DNA of 64,000 bases from Hemiscyllium ocellatum (lineage: Eukaryota): positions 1,390,491 to 1,454,490 of the forward strand of contig NW_026867571.1 in NCBI RefSeq assembly GCF_020745735.1, read 5' to 3'. Under the pieces are notes generated by a model. It saw only the letters and a program-made list of their open reading frames with translations, was not told the DNA's origin and made no database searches. Positions 40,750-53,610 of the stretch are shown here, piece by piece. Position numbers and translations under genes: made by a program. How positions within the stretch are numbered: position 1 is the first letter of the stretch; every line of letters starts with the position of its first letter.

Positions 40750-41099
40750 TACATCAATTTGAAACATGAGAAAACACATACTGAGTTTCCTCATCAAAAC
40801 ATCTTGCCTGTATGAAGTCGGGTTTGAAGTCAACTGTTCAATATCTCTATAATTTCCCAGTTGTTTGCAAGAAATTAACCTGTCCTGATATTCAACATCC
40901 CACATTTGACATTTCCTTCAATTTCCTGTCAAGTATTGTGACGAGTGTTTGGTCATACTTAATTAGTTTGCATTATTGTTCTTTGATTTCCTCATCAGTT
41001 CATTCGTCTTTCTTTGCTGAGTTCCAATTATCTCTGATGACCACAATATCTGGCATTTTTCCAAACCGCTTCCTTTGATCTAATGTATTTTTTTTGAGT

Positions 41100-41392
41100 A
41101 TTAGACTTACAGTGTGGAAACAGGCCCTTCGGTCCAACAAGTCCAAGCGCAACCCACCCATACCCCTTCATTTACCCCTTAACTAACACTATGGGCAATT
41201 TAGCTTGGCCAATTCACTTGACCCACACATCTTTGTGACTGTGGGAGGAAACCGGAGCACCCGGAGGGGACCCACGCAGACACGGGGAGAACGTGCAAAC
41301 TCCACACAGTCAGTCGCCTGAGTCGGGAATTGAACCCGGGTTTACAGGCGCTGTGAGGCAGCAGTGCTAACCACTGTGCCACCGTGCCGCCC
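41100..41392 (-). mobile_element. Well-preserved HE1-type SINE
   Basis: Head GGGCGGCACGGTGGCACAGTGGTTAGCACTGCTGCCTCACAGCGCC and B-box GGTTCAATTCC. Confidence 0.93.
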
Positions 41393-41952
41393 ACAATGTA
41401 GTTGTTCAACTTTTTTTAAACCATCGCTGAATGACGTTACCGTTTTGCTGTGATGGGAATATGCATATTATAAATGTTTAAGCGTTTTTTTTAAACAACA
41501 GCCATTGGCTGTCTTTCATTAAATCTTTTTCATGTACTTTGCCAATTCACTGAAACCAGCTTGGTCCTCATAACTTCATGCCTTGCATGACTCCGTTTTG
41601 TAACCACAATTTAAAAAAAAACTGTTTATATTCAGATGACATATAGCATTCAATATATTATGCTCACTATTCCCAAAAGCTACGTTAAGACAATGATTTC
41701 AATTAGCTCTTCTGATCACATAACATCAGTTCCAAAACTGCCTGAACTCTACCTCGGGGGTCAACATACTGATAATGCAAACCATCTCAAAAACGCCCAT
41801 GTAACCTACTTCTCTCAGCATTAGCATTTTCTTCGGTTAACACGATTCAGATGGAACTGGAAACATGAAACTGTCCATTATTGCTGCTTTTACTCACAAA
41901 CGTGTATTCCTAATTTCCTTTTTTTTTACCTCATGGCCAAAGTTTTTGAAGT

Positions 41953-41957
<5 letters not shown>

Positions 41958-42018
<61 letters not shown>
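41958..42018. repeat. Compound (AT)n(AG)n microsatellite
   Basis: Seen directly. Confidence 0.97.
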
Positions 42019-42021
<3 letters not shown>

Positions 42022-42949
42022 AATCTGCTTCTCCTTGTTGTTTTTAAGGTCTCCCTTAGCATATTCTATGGAAATTAAGTGACGTGGGTTCTGGGGAGAT
42101 TAATGGCAGATCCTAGCGATGTGTTTGGCTAGGCCTATCTGGGCTTTGAGTTCATCTCGACACGTTATTCCTTCTTCTCAAACGTAACTGCGACATTCTC
42201 AAAACATTTCCCCTTATTCCGATGGAATAGCGAGGACAGTGATCTTGCAGCTACGTTGCATATTCCTCCAGACAGCTGAGACTGCGCTTAGCTGAATGGG
42301 AACCTTACAGCAGGCTGGCAAAGTGTTGCTGCTGTACTGGACTTCAGTGAGATCACATTTAATGAGATGCATAGATTTTGTCTGCTCACTGATGAAAGGA
42401 TATTGTTACATTGGAAGCAGATCAGAAATGGTTTCCTCAACTGATTCCTGCAATGAAGTTGTGAAGGTATAAGGAAAGAATGATCAGGTTGAGCCATAAC
42501 TTATTGGCGTTTACAAGAATGAAAGGTGATCTTATTATTATAAAAAAAACACTGGATAGAGTCAGCAACAGATACCAATTAAACAAAAAATGTAGGAATC
42601 CATTCCGCTTCTCCAGTCTGTTATACAGGAACAGCAGAGCTACGTTAATGTCACTTCCCCATTCACACCAGAACAGGACGAGCTATTCACCCGTTGGAGC
42701 CTGATATACAGTTACAGGAGGAGTTAGAGCAAAGACCTGAGCCTATAAATTGGACTCAGAATAGACCACATGGCATCACATCCTCTTACACAGCAAGAGG
42801 ATTAGTCCATTCAGCCTCCTTAAGTCTGTAACATGGGAACTGGAAGAGATTCGTACACTATAATAAGAGGAGGCTATTAGCAGGAGAATTAGAGAAGGAG
42901 ACGCAACTAGCTCACGCGAGTGGTCATCAACAAACAAGCTTTTTCGACT

Positions 42950-44465
42950 CTTCCTGTGGATGCACTGGTTACAAAGGCCCAGCAACATCTCTTCTTTCTC
43001 AGGCAGCTGAGAAAATTTGACATAATGGCGAGTACAGGAGTTGCGAGGAATGTTGAGTCTGTATAGGACATTGATTGGGACACTGTTGGAATATTGCGTG
43101 CAATGTTGGTCTCCTTCCCTTTGTAAAGATGTCGTGAAACCTGAAAGTGTTACGAAAGATTTAAAAGGATGTTGCCAGGTTTGGGAGATTTGAGCTGTAG
43201 AGAAAGGCTGAACAGGCTGGGGCTGCTTTCCCTGGAGCATCGGAGGCTGAGGAGTGACCTTATAAATGTTTACAAAATCATGGGGGGTGTGAATATGATA
43301 AACAGAAAAAAGTCTCTTTTTTTTAAAGATTAGATTACTTACAGTGTGGAAACAGGCCCTTCGGCCCAAGAAGTCCACACCGACCCGCCGAAGCGCAATC
43401 CACCCATACCCCTTCATTACCCCTTACCTAACACTTCAGACAATTTAGCATGGCCAAATCACCTGACCCGCACATCTTTGGACTGTGGGAGGAAATCGGA
43501 GGACCCGGAGGGAACCCACGCAGACACGGGGAGAACGTGCAAACTCCACACCGTCAGTCACCTGAGTCGAGATTTGAACCCAAGTCTCAGACGCTGTGAG
43601 ACAGCAGTGCTAACCACTGTGCCACCATGCCGTCCGCGTGCCACCGTGCAGCTCTTCTCTTGTTTGGGAAGGGCATAGGTACACGGTGAGAGGAGAAAGA
43701 TATATAAGAGACCTAAGAGGCAATCTTTTTCACACAGAGGGTGGTGCGTGTATGGAATGAGCTGTCAGAGGAAGTGGTGGAGGCTGGTACAATTGAAACA
43801 GTTAAAAGGCATTTGGGTGGTCATATGAATAGGAAGAGTTTGGAGGGATTTGAGCTGGGCCCTGGCAGGTGGGAATAGATTAGTTTGGGACATCCATTCG
43901 GCATAGACAGGTTGAACTGAAGGGTCTGTTTCCATGCTGTGCATCTCTATGACTCAATGACTCTCATACCCTTGCCAACTTTTATATGTTTCCGAGAGCA
44001 TTCTGTCTGAATGTATCACTATCTGGTATAGCAACTGTATCCTTCTCGATCGGAAACGGTTACATAGAGTGGCGAACTTGGCCCGGACAATCACAAAGGA
44101 CAGCCTCACATCTATATGATGCATCTACCAGGCCCGCTGTCAAAGAAAGGCCGCCAGCTTTCTCAAAGATCCATCCCACCCATGCAATGGTTTTCAAGGA
44201 ACTCTGCCATGGGGGAGAAAGCACAGAAGAACACGCGCAACAGCTGGTATTAAAAGAGTTACTACCATACTGTTGTTAGAATACTGAATGAGCTCACAAA
44301 CTCATAGCATTCGCCTGATTATGTGGTTTTGTTTCTGCCACTGATCGCCTATTATTTACTAGTCTATGCTATTTAACGCTGTGATCTGTCTGTGTTGCTC
44401 TCAAGACAAAACTTTTCACTGTGCACATTTACACGTGACTATTCATTCCATTCAATTCAATTCAT
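42950..44465 (+). mobile_element. Rex1/Babar-type LINE 3' part, split by a CR1 (~43030-43960) that contains a SINE (~43328-43650)
   Basis: KAQQHLFFLRQLRKFD (~42974-43021) resumes at ~43960 as TLANFY..ESILSECITIWYSNC; (ATTCA)n tail at ~44441-44465. Confidence 0.78.
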
Positions 44466-45019
44466 ATCGAGTCAATTCAATACTTTTTAAAATGAAAAGT
44501 AGGCGGTAATTCAGCCATATGTCTGTTGTCTCGGAGCAGGAGAAGGCCAGGCACTCACTCAGTCCTATTTCAGGGACGCATCGCGCTATTGTTCAGTGTC
44601 TCAAGCGTGAAATGGTGGAATATGAGTTGACCCTTAAGCCCCTCAAAAGGTTTCACAGCAACAGGAAGATTCCATAAACCTTCATGCCTCTGACACATCA
44701 TACTGAGAAGGAGATGCGGGTATTGAGTCTCTAACTCAGGATATTCTGGCCATCGAGAATTTAAGGTAGGAACATCATACGTACATACAGTCCATCGAGT
44801 TTGTAAACTAAGAACAGGATGAGTCCATTCCGTCACTCATGCGTCTTGCACAGCAGTTGGAGTATTTTACCTCTTACACAGGAACACAGGAAAGGGAAGG
44901 TAGAGGTTATAGAATAGGTAGGACTGAGAATGATCATCATCAAGGGTGAATGAAAAGTAGTGATTAAACAGTTGTGATTAAAGGCAAATTGTTAGAATCA
45001 AATATTAACGAATTACTAA

Positions 45020-46275
45020 CATGAGATTTGCAGTCAGCATGGTTTTATGAAAATAAACCTTATTTTACTGCATTCTTTAAATATGTGACAATCAAAGTAG
45101 ATAATGGGGAACTCAGAGATGTAATGTCCCGGACTTACAGAAGGCATTGATTAAAGAGCTGCACAAAAGATTAGGCTCAAAGATGAGCGCACATGGTTTA
45201 TGAAGGAGTTATTCGCGTGGATAGAGGGTTGGTAAGCCCACAAAATGACGAAATGCAAGAGATGGAACAGTTGTTTCGTTTTATGGTTGGCAGTGTTTGG
45301 ACTGCCATAGAGTTCAGACCGCTGGCTCTGTCCATTACTCATCTACTGCATGAGTTGGATGACGGAACAAAAAGAAAACAAGACAAATTTTCAGACGATA
45401 TTAAAATAGGTGGAAAAGTAGGTTGATGCGCCGAACATATCACAATAAAAATGACAAATGGACATGAATCGTTGTGGTGAATGGGCCAAAGTTTGGCAGA
45501 TAAAACTTAACGTGGATATGTACATGTTTGTCCATTTTGCTCCAAAGAATAGAAAACAACTTGATATAGAAATCGACAGCAACTTCAGAGTCATTACGTG
45601 AGGAACAATCTGTGTGACCTCATGCATATCACAGAAACCTCACATGCAGGTGAAACAGGTAATGAAAAAGAGAAGTGCAATGTCTGTGTTTATTTGGAAA
45701 GGGATTGATATAAAAGAGTGGGAATAATTGCTGCAGTTCTGCAAGTAATTAGTGAAATCGAAACTGGAGTATTGTGTACAGTTTTGGTGTCCTGATTGGA
45801 GGAGGAATGTAGTTGCAATGCAGTAGTTCAGAAAGTATTCTTGAGATGGATACAAGGGATGAGGAGCTTGCTTTATGAAGAGAGATTGAACAGTTAAGGA
45901 CTTTACTGTCTGTAGTTTTTCAGAATGAGAGGTGGTGTGATTGGGGTATGAAAGATGCTAATGATGATTGACAAAGTAGGTACAAAGTGAATAGTTCCTC
46001 ACGTGAGACAATCTAAAACAAGAAATCATAGTGTGAGAATAAGGCAGGGCAGATTTACAACAGAGATAAGGCGAAATTCCTTCTGTCGAAATGTTGTGAA
46101 TCGATGTAATTCACTGTCCCAGAGAGCAGTGGATTCTAGCACATAGAGTAAATGAAGGGTTATGGAGAACGGTCAGGCAAGTGTGACTGAGGTCCAGATG
46201 ACATCAATCATGTTTGTATGATTTGGCGGAGCTTGCTCGAGGGTCTAACTTTCTAACTGATGCTCCTCGTTCTTC
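45020..46275 (+). mobile_element. Old CR1/L2-group LINE RT to 3' end
   Basis: SQHGF, KFSDDIKIGG and LEYCVQFWCP motifs, plus a 3'UTR. Confidence 0.75.
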
Positions 46276-46619
46276 TTCAGAACTTGGAATGTGTTTCACA
46301 GGAATGGCGGAGGTCTGGTTATCAAACAGGAAGCAGATATTCGGAAACATCACTCTCGATCACGCTGATAGTATCCGAAATGTAGAATCACACAGTGACC
46401 AGTACTGGGTCATCAACAAAATAAAATCTATGTCAATGATTTAGAGAAATGGAACTCAGTTTGGCGATCAAATGAAGGTAAGCAGGAAATTAACATAGCA
46501 AGAGAATGTGGAGAGATGGCAAATGGATATAAACAGGAAAAGTCAATGTATATTAGCTTGGCCGGTGGAATACAACATGTTATCTAACCTGTGATTTTTT
46601 GTTAACGAGGAAATGGAAG

Positions 46620-47480
46620 GCAGCATGTTACTGAAATGGCAAGACGTTACTGGAGATCGTAACACAGTGTGTACTGGAGAGGTCACTTTGAACCGGTCAG
46701 ACAATGGAAGTGTTGCTCCATCCCTCTGCTGATCAACTCCCTGATATTCCCAGTGGCTCATTGCTCTCAGTACTCAGGGAAAATTGTGATGGTTGATGGT
46801 TTCTGGTTGGGAATGGAGAGGGGGAGGTTGGTTTGAACCGAGTATTAATGGCATGGCCTTTGTCTGAGATGCCATCCTTTCGTTCTACGTAGAGACTCAA
46901 AGATGAGTGTAATGTTCAGCACTTCTGAATGAAGAGGCTGTGGCTGCTGCCAGGACAGTGGCCACTTACCAACATGATGTACTGCACATGGTCACACTGT
47001 AACACGAATGCAATGAGAGATTTTTCAGTTTCTCTACCTCTCTCCATTGAAATGCTGACCTCGCGGAGCCATGAACACCACAGTGAATCCCGCTCTGCTG
47101 GGAATACAAGGAGACACCAGGCAGCTACCTGCTGAGGGAGAAAGCATTGTATTCACTTTCTCCACCATATATTTCCTCCATCACAGAATGGTGAAACCAA
47201 AGTCGACCTCCTGGCTGATGACAGATAAGTCAACCACGCCTGCCTTGTAAGTTCCCGCCATTGAAGCTGAATGAAATTGTGATCCTGACAGCCATAGGCA
47301 GCACCGTCCTCCCCTGGTGTGATGCTGCAGGTCCCGATAAAGGAAGTGACACTGCTCCGAGTAAAGCTCCTATTTCAGTCAGGGTCTCCTGATATCTGCT
47401 CCTGGGCTCTGTGCTGCTTGGAAAGCTGTTTTCGGAAAACACGGGTGGACATGGCAGATCTCTTGCCCCACGCATACTCA
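46620..47480 (-). mobile_element. PIF/Harbinger (HARBI1-like) transposase remnant
   Basis: In order on the minus strand: RTVLPMAVRITISFSF, LQCDHVQYIMLVSGHCPGSSHSLFIQ, GWHL.DKG, EQHFHCL..S..LQY. These match Harbinger DDE transposase motifs (CDH..I..V...PGS.HD, GWLLGD.GY, RFRCL.SGG.LQY). Confidence 0.75.
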
Positions 47481-47634
47481 TTCTATTGTTTCAGAGCGTC
47501 CAATTTCTGCAACCTCTCCTCTATTTTGTTGTTCATGTTAAACACCCAGATGCGGGAACTACAATCCCCTTGATCCACCAAATCCTGAGTTCTCTCTGAA
47601 TATCTGAGGCAGCTCACAGCACAACGTCCGGCAA

Positions 47635-50600
47635 ACCATCCCCAGCACCTCCAGTAACATTTCAGTAACAGGAGTTAGACAGACACCCTTTTGCTTCAAG
47701 TATTATGGATCAGTCCAGCGCCCCTCAAAATATTCTACGAAGGCATATTGAACCCTAATCTTCCCGTATTTTAAATGAGATATGAAGTGTGTGTTTCAAA
47801 TATGTTGTGACTGGTCAAATCACTCACCGTTAAGCAAACTATAATATTTTTAAACGCTCTAGCTAAAGCACAGTGAAACGAAAGAACAAATTTGAAGAGG
47901 TTCCCTCTTGGAACACGCAAATAATAGACATAATACCTTCAACTAACTCACAGTTCTATTACATCCCATAAAGAAATTCCTTGGCATAAAGGAAAATTTA
48001 AACACATATTCGTGCATGCTGTTCTCCAGTCCAGGAGGAAGCAAAATCAAGATAGATTTCAGAGAGAATAGCAGCTAGAGATAACATATTATAACGTCCA
48101 AACGCACCAAGCTACTTGGGGACCCCAAGTAGGTTCTGAATGTTGCAACTAAAAACAAAACTGGTCTGTGAGAGCTGGCCACTGCTCTACCTTGGTTCTG
48201 ACCATAATTTTTTTTAAAAAAGTAAAGGTCGCCCAAGTGATTTACTGCAGCCATTTTCAGATGGAAGTCCAGCAGCTCCGCCATTAAGTCATTTCTTCAA
48301 GAAGAATAAAACAGGAGAAAATAACCGTTTTAAATATGTATGTTGTATAGTCTACTAGTAAAGAAAGAATAAGGCTTTAGCCATACGCTCCTGGCTCAGA
48401 CCTCATTTTACATCCTTCATCCAAGTCTTAACAACATGTGGGCAATTATGTTTTTTTCGTGCAAACAGCTACATAATTTTCAAATTGAATGGCTGCAATA
48501 ATAAACCCTATATCAACAGGCTGATTTTTTCTCCTTAAATTTCTTCAAAACTTCAAGGGATTATGACCAGTATGCAAATTTCTCATAAAAATGTTATTGG
48601 CAACTTAAATGCTGAAATATTGCAACGCCAACACCAAGGTCAAGGTCTTCTTTTCAGTTTTGGACTAATTTTGTTGACGATTTCACCGGACACTCCAAAC
48701 ACACTTCACGTAGTGGCACAGTTCTCATCTGTCCATTAATCCTTCGGAATGGCATATCTCATCATGTCTCAGTATCAAATAATTGAATCCTTCTGTACCT
48801 CTGTATACTGTAACAGTTGACTTGTTATCCTGCCCGAAGCCAGTAAACCTTACTGTTGCAAATAGATCTTTAACAAAGATCTGCCTCGTTCTTCTCCATC
48901 CATCACAGAAACGAAACTTTGATTTATGGACGAACTCATAATCATCAGTCATTTTGGCTGCTAATCTTGCCATTTTAACTCTCTCCTCTTCAAGGTGTGT
49001 TCTCACCATCTCCGGAAGTGAATTATTGAACTTCCCCATTATAACAGTCTCTCTAACAACGTCATTGGTTTGTTCTATTGTTAATGCTCTTCTCCACCTA
49101 TCATATTGCTTTGTTTGATCCTTTCAAACTCAATGTACATTTAACCTGGGTCCCTTCTTTGATTCCTGAAAAAAGCTATCTGTAGGCGTCTGGCTAAAAC
49201 TCATATGGTATTCTGAAGGCTTGATAAACGTGAGGTGCTACGTTTTGAAAGAAAATGTCAAAGCAGGTTTAACACTTAATGGGAAGGACCGAGGGATTGT
49301 TGCTGATCAAGGAGACTTTGGATCGCAGGTTCATTGAAAGTAGAGTAGGAGGTAGATAGGATAATGAATAAAGCGTTTGACATGCATTCCTTTGTTGTTG
49401 AGTTGAGGAGTTTGGAGGTCATGTTGCGGCTGCCCGGGAATTGATTAGACAACTGTTGGAATATTGCGTGCAATTCCGGTGTCCCTCCTGTCACAAGGAT
49501 GTCATGACATTTGAAAGTGTTCAGATTGATGTTGTCAGAGTTGGAAGATTGGAGCTACAGGTAGAGGCTAAATGGGCTGGGGCGGTTTTCCCTGGAACCT
49601 CGGAGGCTGGCTAGGTGCTGGCAAATGGGAATAGGTTAGGGTAGGATCATTGGTTGCATAGCCAAGATGGACAGAAGGGTCTGTTTCTGTGCTGTCCATC
49701 TTTCTGAGGAGATGTCTCTATGACCTCCTCATACCTGCGCTGATAGTGATACAAAAAAAAACTCGCTCGGTGTAACTCTCAGCTTTGTTTGGGTCAACGG
49801 AATCCACATGGTCACTGGTCGCTGCATTTGTTTAGACACTTTCTCAACTGAATTTCAAAACGCTTCTACGAATTTCACGTCACATTTATACAATGTCTGC
49901 ATATATTTATAAACAAAACCACAAAAGCTATTTCATGACCAGTGTTGCACAACCTCATTATCCTCCTCATTCAGCCTACCTTCTACCTTCATCTCTACCC
50001 TTCTACGTCGAATTTCCTCTCTAATCACTAAAGTTTGAAGTTGAAATATTTCTTTTCGGCTTTTCTTCACTCGGTTTCTGACTTTGTTCTTCCTCTTCTA
50101 TTCTGTTAACTCTACTTTTATTCATAAGTCAAACTGTTTCAATTGCTTTTCATATTCAAGCTGCCTCGTCTGCAATTAAATTTTAGCCAGTTTGAAAGGT
50201 TCAGATGACGTTTCCAACAAAATGTAAATGCTCACCTTTTGCGCTCGTTACCTATCCTTTTCTCAATGAAAACAGCAACCCCAAATCCAGCGTATCTCCC
50301 AATTCAAGCAGCTTTGCCTTGCTCAAAGTTTGTCAAATAGCCAATGTCACTTCTCCAACTACCAGAAAACTTATAGTGACTGAAACGGCCGTTACTACAC
50401 AAAGCAGGCTTTAAAGGAACGGATTCAGCAACCAGAAAAAAAGGACACAAACACCTACCACACCCTGTATTTTAGACAAACAATCTCTCCATGCACATTC
50501 TCCCAGTATCTGCATAGGTTTCTTCCGGGTGCTCCGATTTCCTCCCACAACACAAAGAATTGTAGATTAGGTGAATTGACCATTCTAAATTGCTCATATT

Positions 50601-51636
50601 GTTCAAGGATATGTAGGTGCATTAGTCAGGGGAAATTCAAAATAATGGGGAATTGGAATGGGTGGGAAACATTTAGTATGGTTGTTGTGGATTTGTTGGG
50701 TCAAATAGCCTGTTTCAACAACACCGTAATGTTACGGATCCTGAACCCAGCTGGAAATTATCGGTGTGGAAATGGCCAAGAAAACCCATTTCGCTATGGT
50801 CCAGACCAGACCGTCTCAAATTATTTATTTTAGGAAGGGAACCTTGACGCCAACATTTTCTTGTTTTTAAGGTAGATATGAGATGGGTGTTCCAAATATG
50901 ATGCAACTGTCAAAACACACAACTTTAAGCAAAAGGCAATTTAATTGCACACTTGAAAAAAAATAAAAACTAAAAGAAGCGGAATTTAGAATATCTTAAG
51001 TTTGTGAAATATAACCGAATATTCGATACAGTAACTTCTAGGAATGAACTGTTCCAGTTTTCCAACATCCCACAAACACACCCCTTAGCAAAAAGGCACA
51101 TGCAGCCATACATTCCTGCATGCAGTTTTCCAATGCAGGATGAAACAACACCAAGAGATTTTTGACAGTGAATAGCAGCTGTAGATCATTTATTGACGCT
51201 TCCAACAGTTCTAGGAGTCAAACATTCGTGACTGTCAAAGCTATACAAAACTGGACAGCCTGGTCTGTGAGAGCCTGGTCTGTGAGAGCCTGATCTGTGA
51301 CAGCCTGGTCTGTGACAGCCTGGTCTGTGAGAGCCTGGTCTGTGACAGCCTGGTCTGTGATAGCCTGGTCTGTGACAGCCTGGTCTGTGACAGCCTGGTC
51401 TGTGACAGCCTGGTCTGTGAGAGCCTGGTCTGTGAGAGCCTGGTCTGTGACAGCCTGGTCTGTGAGAGCCTGGTCTGTGACAGCTGTCCGTTGTTACGAT
51501 TATTGTAAAAATAAACCTATACGTCTCCTAAATTATTTACTTAAGCCGTTTTCAGTAGGCAGTTCGGTATTTACGACCTCTCTTAAAACAAAAATGAGGA
51601 GAAAATAAATTTTATAAAAATGGGAGCATTGTCACA
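47635..51636 (-). mobile_element. Internally deleted Gypsy (Gmr1-type) LTR retrotransposon remnant
   Basis: LTR-like direct repeats at ~47635-48350 and 50730-51636; the latter reads TGTGAC...GTAACA on the minus strand. gag remnants QTLSKAKLLELGDTLDLGL and FNNSLPEMVRTHLEEERVKMARLAAKMTDDYEFVHK; protease-region similarity to ~60000-60130. Carries CR1 (~49310-49720) and SINE (~50485-50725) insertions. Confidence 0.75.
51256..51484. repeat. 15-bp minisatellite, 15 copies
   Basis: (C/G/T)AGCCTGGTCTGTGA x15, near perfect. Confidence 0.97.
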
Positions 51637-52386
51637 CAGGTTAGATATCTTATCCATTACAGTAAAACTCAAGAAGCCTCCTCGTGTTAGTGACAGGACA
51701 ACAACCTGAGAGGGACAAACACAGGAGTTCAGTGAGCATGGACTGACCAAATTTCAAAGATGGAATTCAAGATGCTGAGCCCGCGTCCAACAAGAAGCAT
51801 CACATGGGACACAGTGGGGAGTGAACAACATCTCAACACACACCATTTCATTGTTTCTGAGGTTCACAATCCCAGCACCCGGCACACTACAGAGCCAAAA
51901 AAACAGGCTAAGGAAAGACACAGAGGGACAGAAATAATACATTAAAGACAGAATCAGGTAATTGATAAACTGAGAAAATGTTGTGGAAATATGGTGAGAA
52001 AGACAGGGCAGTGGGACTAACTGAAGGACTGAGAATTCCAAGAGTAACATTCTAAGAATTAGACCATTGAATAACTACATTGCGAGACAAGAAAAAAAAA
52101 GATTTTACATCAAATTCGGCTTCCAAGAACGCTTCAGACAACATGACCTGGGATAAGATGACAGGAGAGTATGCAGGGCTGTGCAGACCATGATGGCATA
52201 TCACTAATAAACTGGACTATTTCCGGCATGGGGAACATTGCAAAACTTTACTAACACAACGGGACAATAGTCTCATCAAGTTACCATCTAGCACGGTAGG
52301 ATTTGTAGCTCTTGCTGTGAGTGACAGTAAATGGGTTTCTCCCAAATTAATGTTTCATATCTCCTTTAGGATCAGTACAAGGAAAG

Positions 52387-52388
<2 letters not shown>

Positions 52389-52468
<80 letters not shown>
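52389..52468. repeat. Compound (GT)n(GA)n microsatellite
   Basis: Seen directly. Confidence 0.97.
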
Positions 52469-52472
<4 letters not shown>

Positions 52473-53242
52473 GTGTGTACACTCGGGCTGTTTGAATGTG
52501 AAAATCATTACTTGAGAGAATACACGTCCGTTAGAACTTTGGGTAATCGACAGAGAGACACCAAGGGATGTTACACGGATAGAAGAGATAAAGTGATTGA
52601 GAATATTAAACTAAAGGCACTGCCAAGCTCAATAGAAATATAGAGAAGTGTATACAGGAATGACAAATGAATTTAATTTTGGTGTAAACTCGAATCAGAT
52701 TTGCTTCTGGAACTTAGTAACCGGGAGTGTCAGCAACAGATTATTGGCAACATGAAGATCGCTGTTTTTTTATTGCTCAAGGTTGAAGGAGTAGATAGGA
52801 TGTATCAATGAGATATAGTCTGGAGGGCTGAGTAATTAAAATTAGTCATGGTCGGGGCATAGTGTCAGGGATCCGGTCATGGTCAATGGGATCGACACAG
52901 TTGTGACTCGTCTGCTTCAGTCTCAGATTTAGATCAGGAATTGGATGCAATCAGAGGAAGAAAATGGTATTTGTAAACAGAACAGACGACAGTGACCTCA
53001 TTGCTCCAAATGTTAAAACAGCAAAGTCGGTGAGACACTGAATCGTGGTCCGTTGCTGAAGCTGAATAGCTCAACATCGTGATCCATGAGCAATACTAAC
53101 AGAAGCAAGGAGGGAGACCGTATTTGATCAGGTTCTCTAATGCTTTCAGTAGTGATATGTACAGTGACTATCTGGATTCAGTGTCTCAACAACAACAGTA
53201 ATAGTGACAATAAGGAAATAATATTTGGACAGTGAGACTTAC

Positions 53243-53420
53243 CAGGGACACCAACCATAGCCAGGAGAGGATAGTAAAAATATTGAATAAGGAGAAGAGC
53301 ATAATAGATTCGCGATGGTAATCCCAACCAATATTTTTTAGAAAGAACCCAAACATACATGGATAAACTCCTGTCCATTGTTGAAACATTCCAGTTTAAT
53401 GTTCTCAGATTCTGATACAT
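53243..53420 (-). CDS. Exon 1 (N-terminus + TM1) of a GPR139/GPR142-like class A orphan GPCR
   Basis: Translates MYQNLRTLNWNVSTMDRSL...IQYFYYPLLAMVGVP+G, then a canonical donor G|GTAAGT (GT at 53242-53241). Has an N-glycosylation sequon NVS. YYPLLAMVGVP matches GPR139 TM1 YYSLLLCLGLP. 178 nt = 59 codons + 1 nt (phase 1). An alternative in-frame ATG is at 53378. Confidence 0.85.
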
Positions 53421-53539
53421 TGCTGGACCATTCCAGTGGAAATTTCTCAGACTCTGATCTCGCCTCCCCTTCTCTCTGAAGCTGCTGATCCCAGTGTGTG
53501 CCGTCAGTGATCCTCCTGCTCATGCTACTGAATTCCACA

Positions 53540-53610
53540 TTCAATGGGACTCGTTCATCAATAAAAGATAGAATCACTCCTCTGGGATAATTAGAATCTA
53601 TGGGGACTGT
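53540..53610 (-). promoter_or_regulatory. Putative proximal promoter of the GPCR: O/E(Ebf)-like, homeodomain and O/E-like motif cluster
   Basis: TCCTCTGGGA at 53578-53587 (1 mismatch to TCCCNNGGGA), directly abutting TAATTA at 53588-53593, then TCTATGGGGA at 53597-53606. Lies in non-repetitive DNA 160-190 bp upstream of the ATG. Motif match only. Confidence 0.4.

Noticed and set aside
41330-41392. tRNA-like sequences with A and B boxes
   Set aside because: These are SINE heads continuing into SINE core and tail, not tRNA genes.
51297-51608. ORF with (TAWSV)n repeats
   Set aside because: Translation of the 15-bp minisatellite inside an LTR; it has no true ATG start.
53178-53242. Leu-rich tail of the 80-aa ORF
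   Set aside because: Read-through past the GTAAGT donor into the intron.
22374-53420. Assigning the symbol GPR139
   Set aside because: It lacks the highly conserved GPR139 segments (e.g. LWAPR, the long C-tail), so it is a family-level match only.
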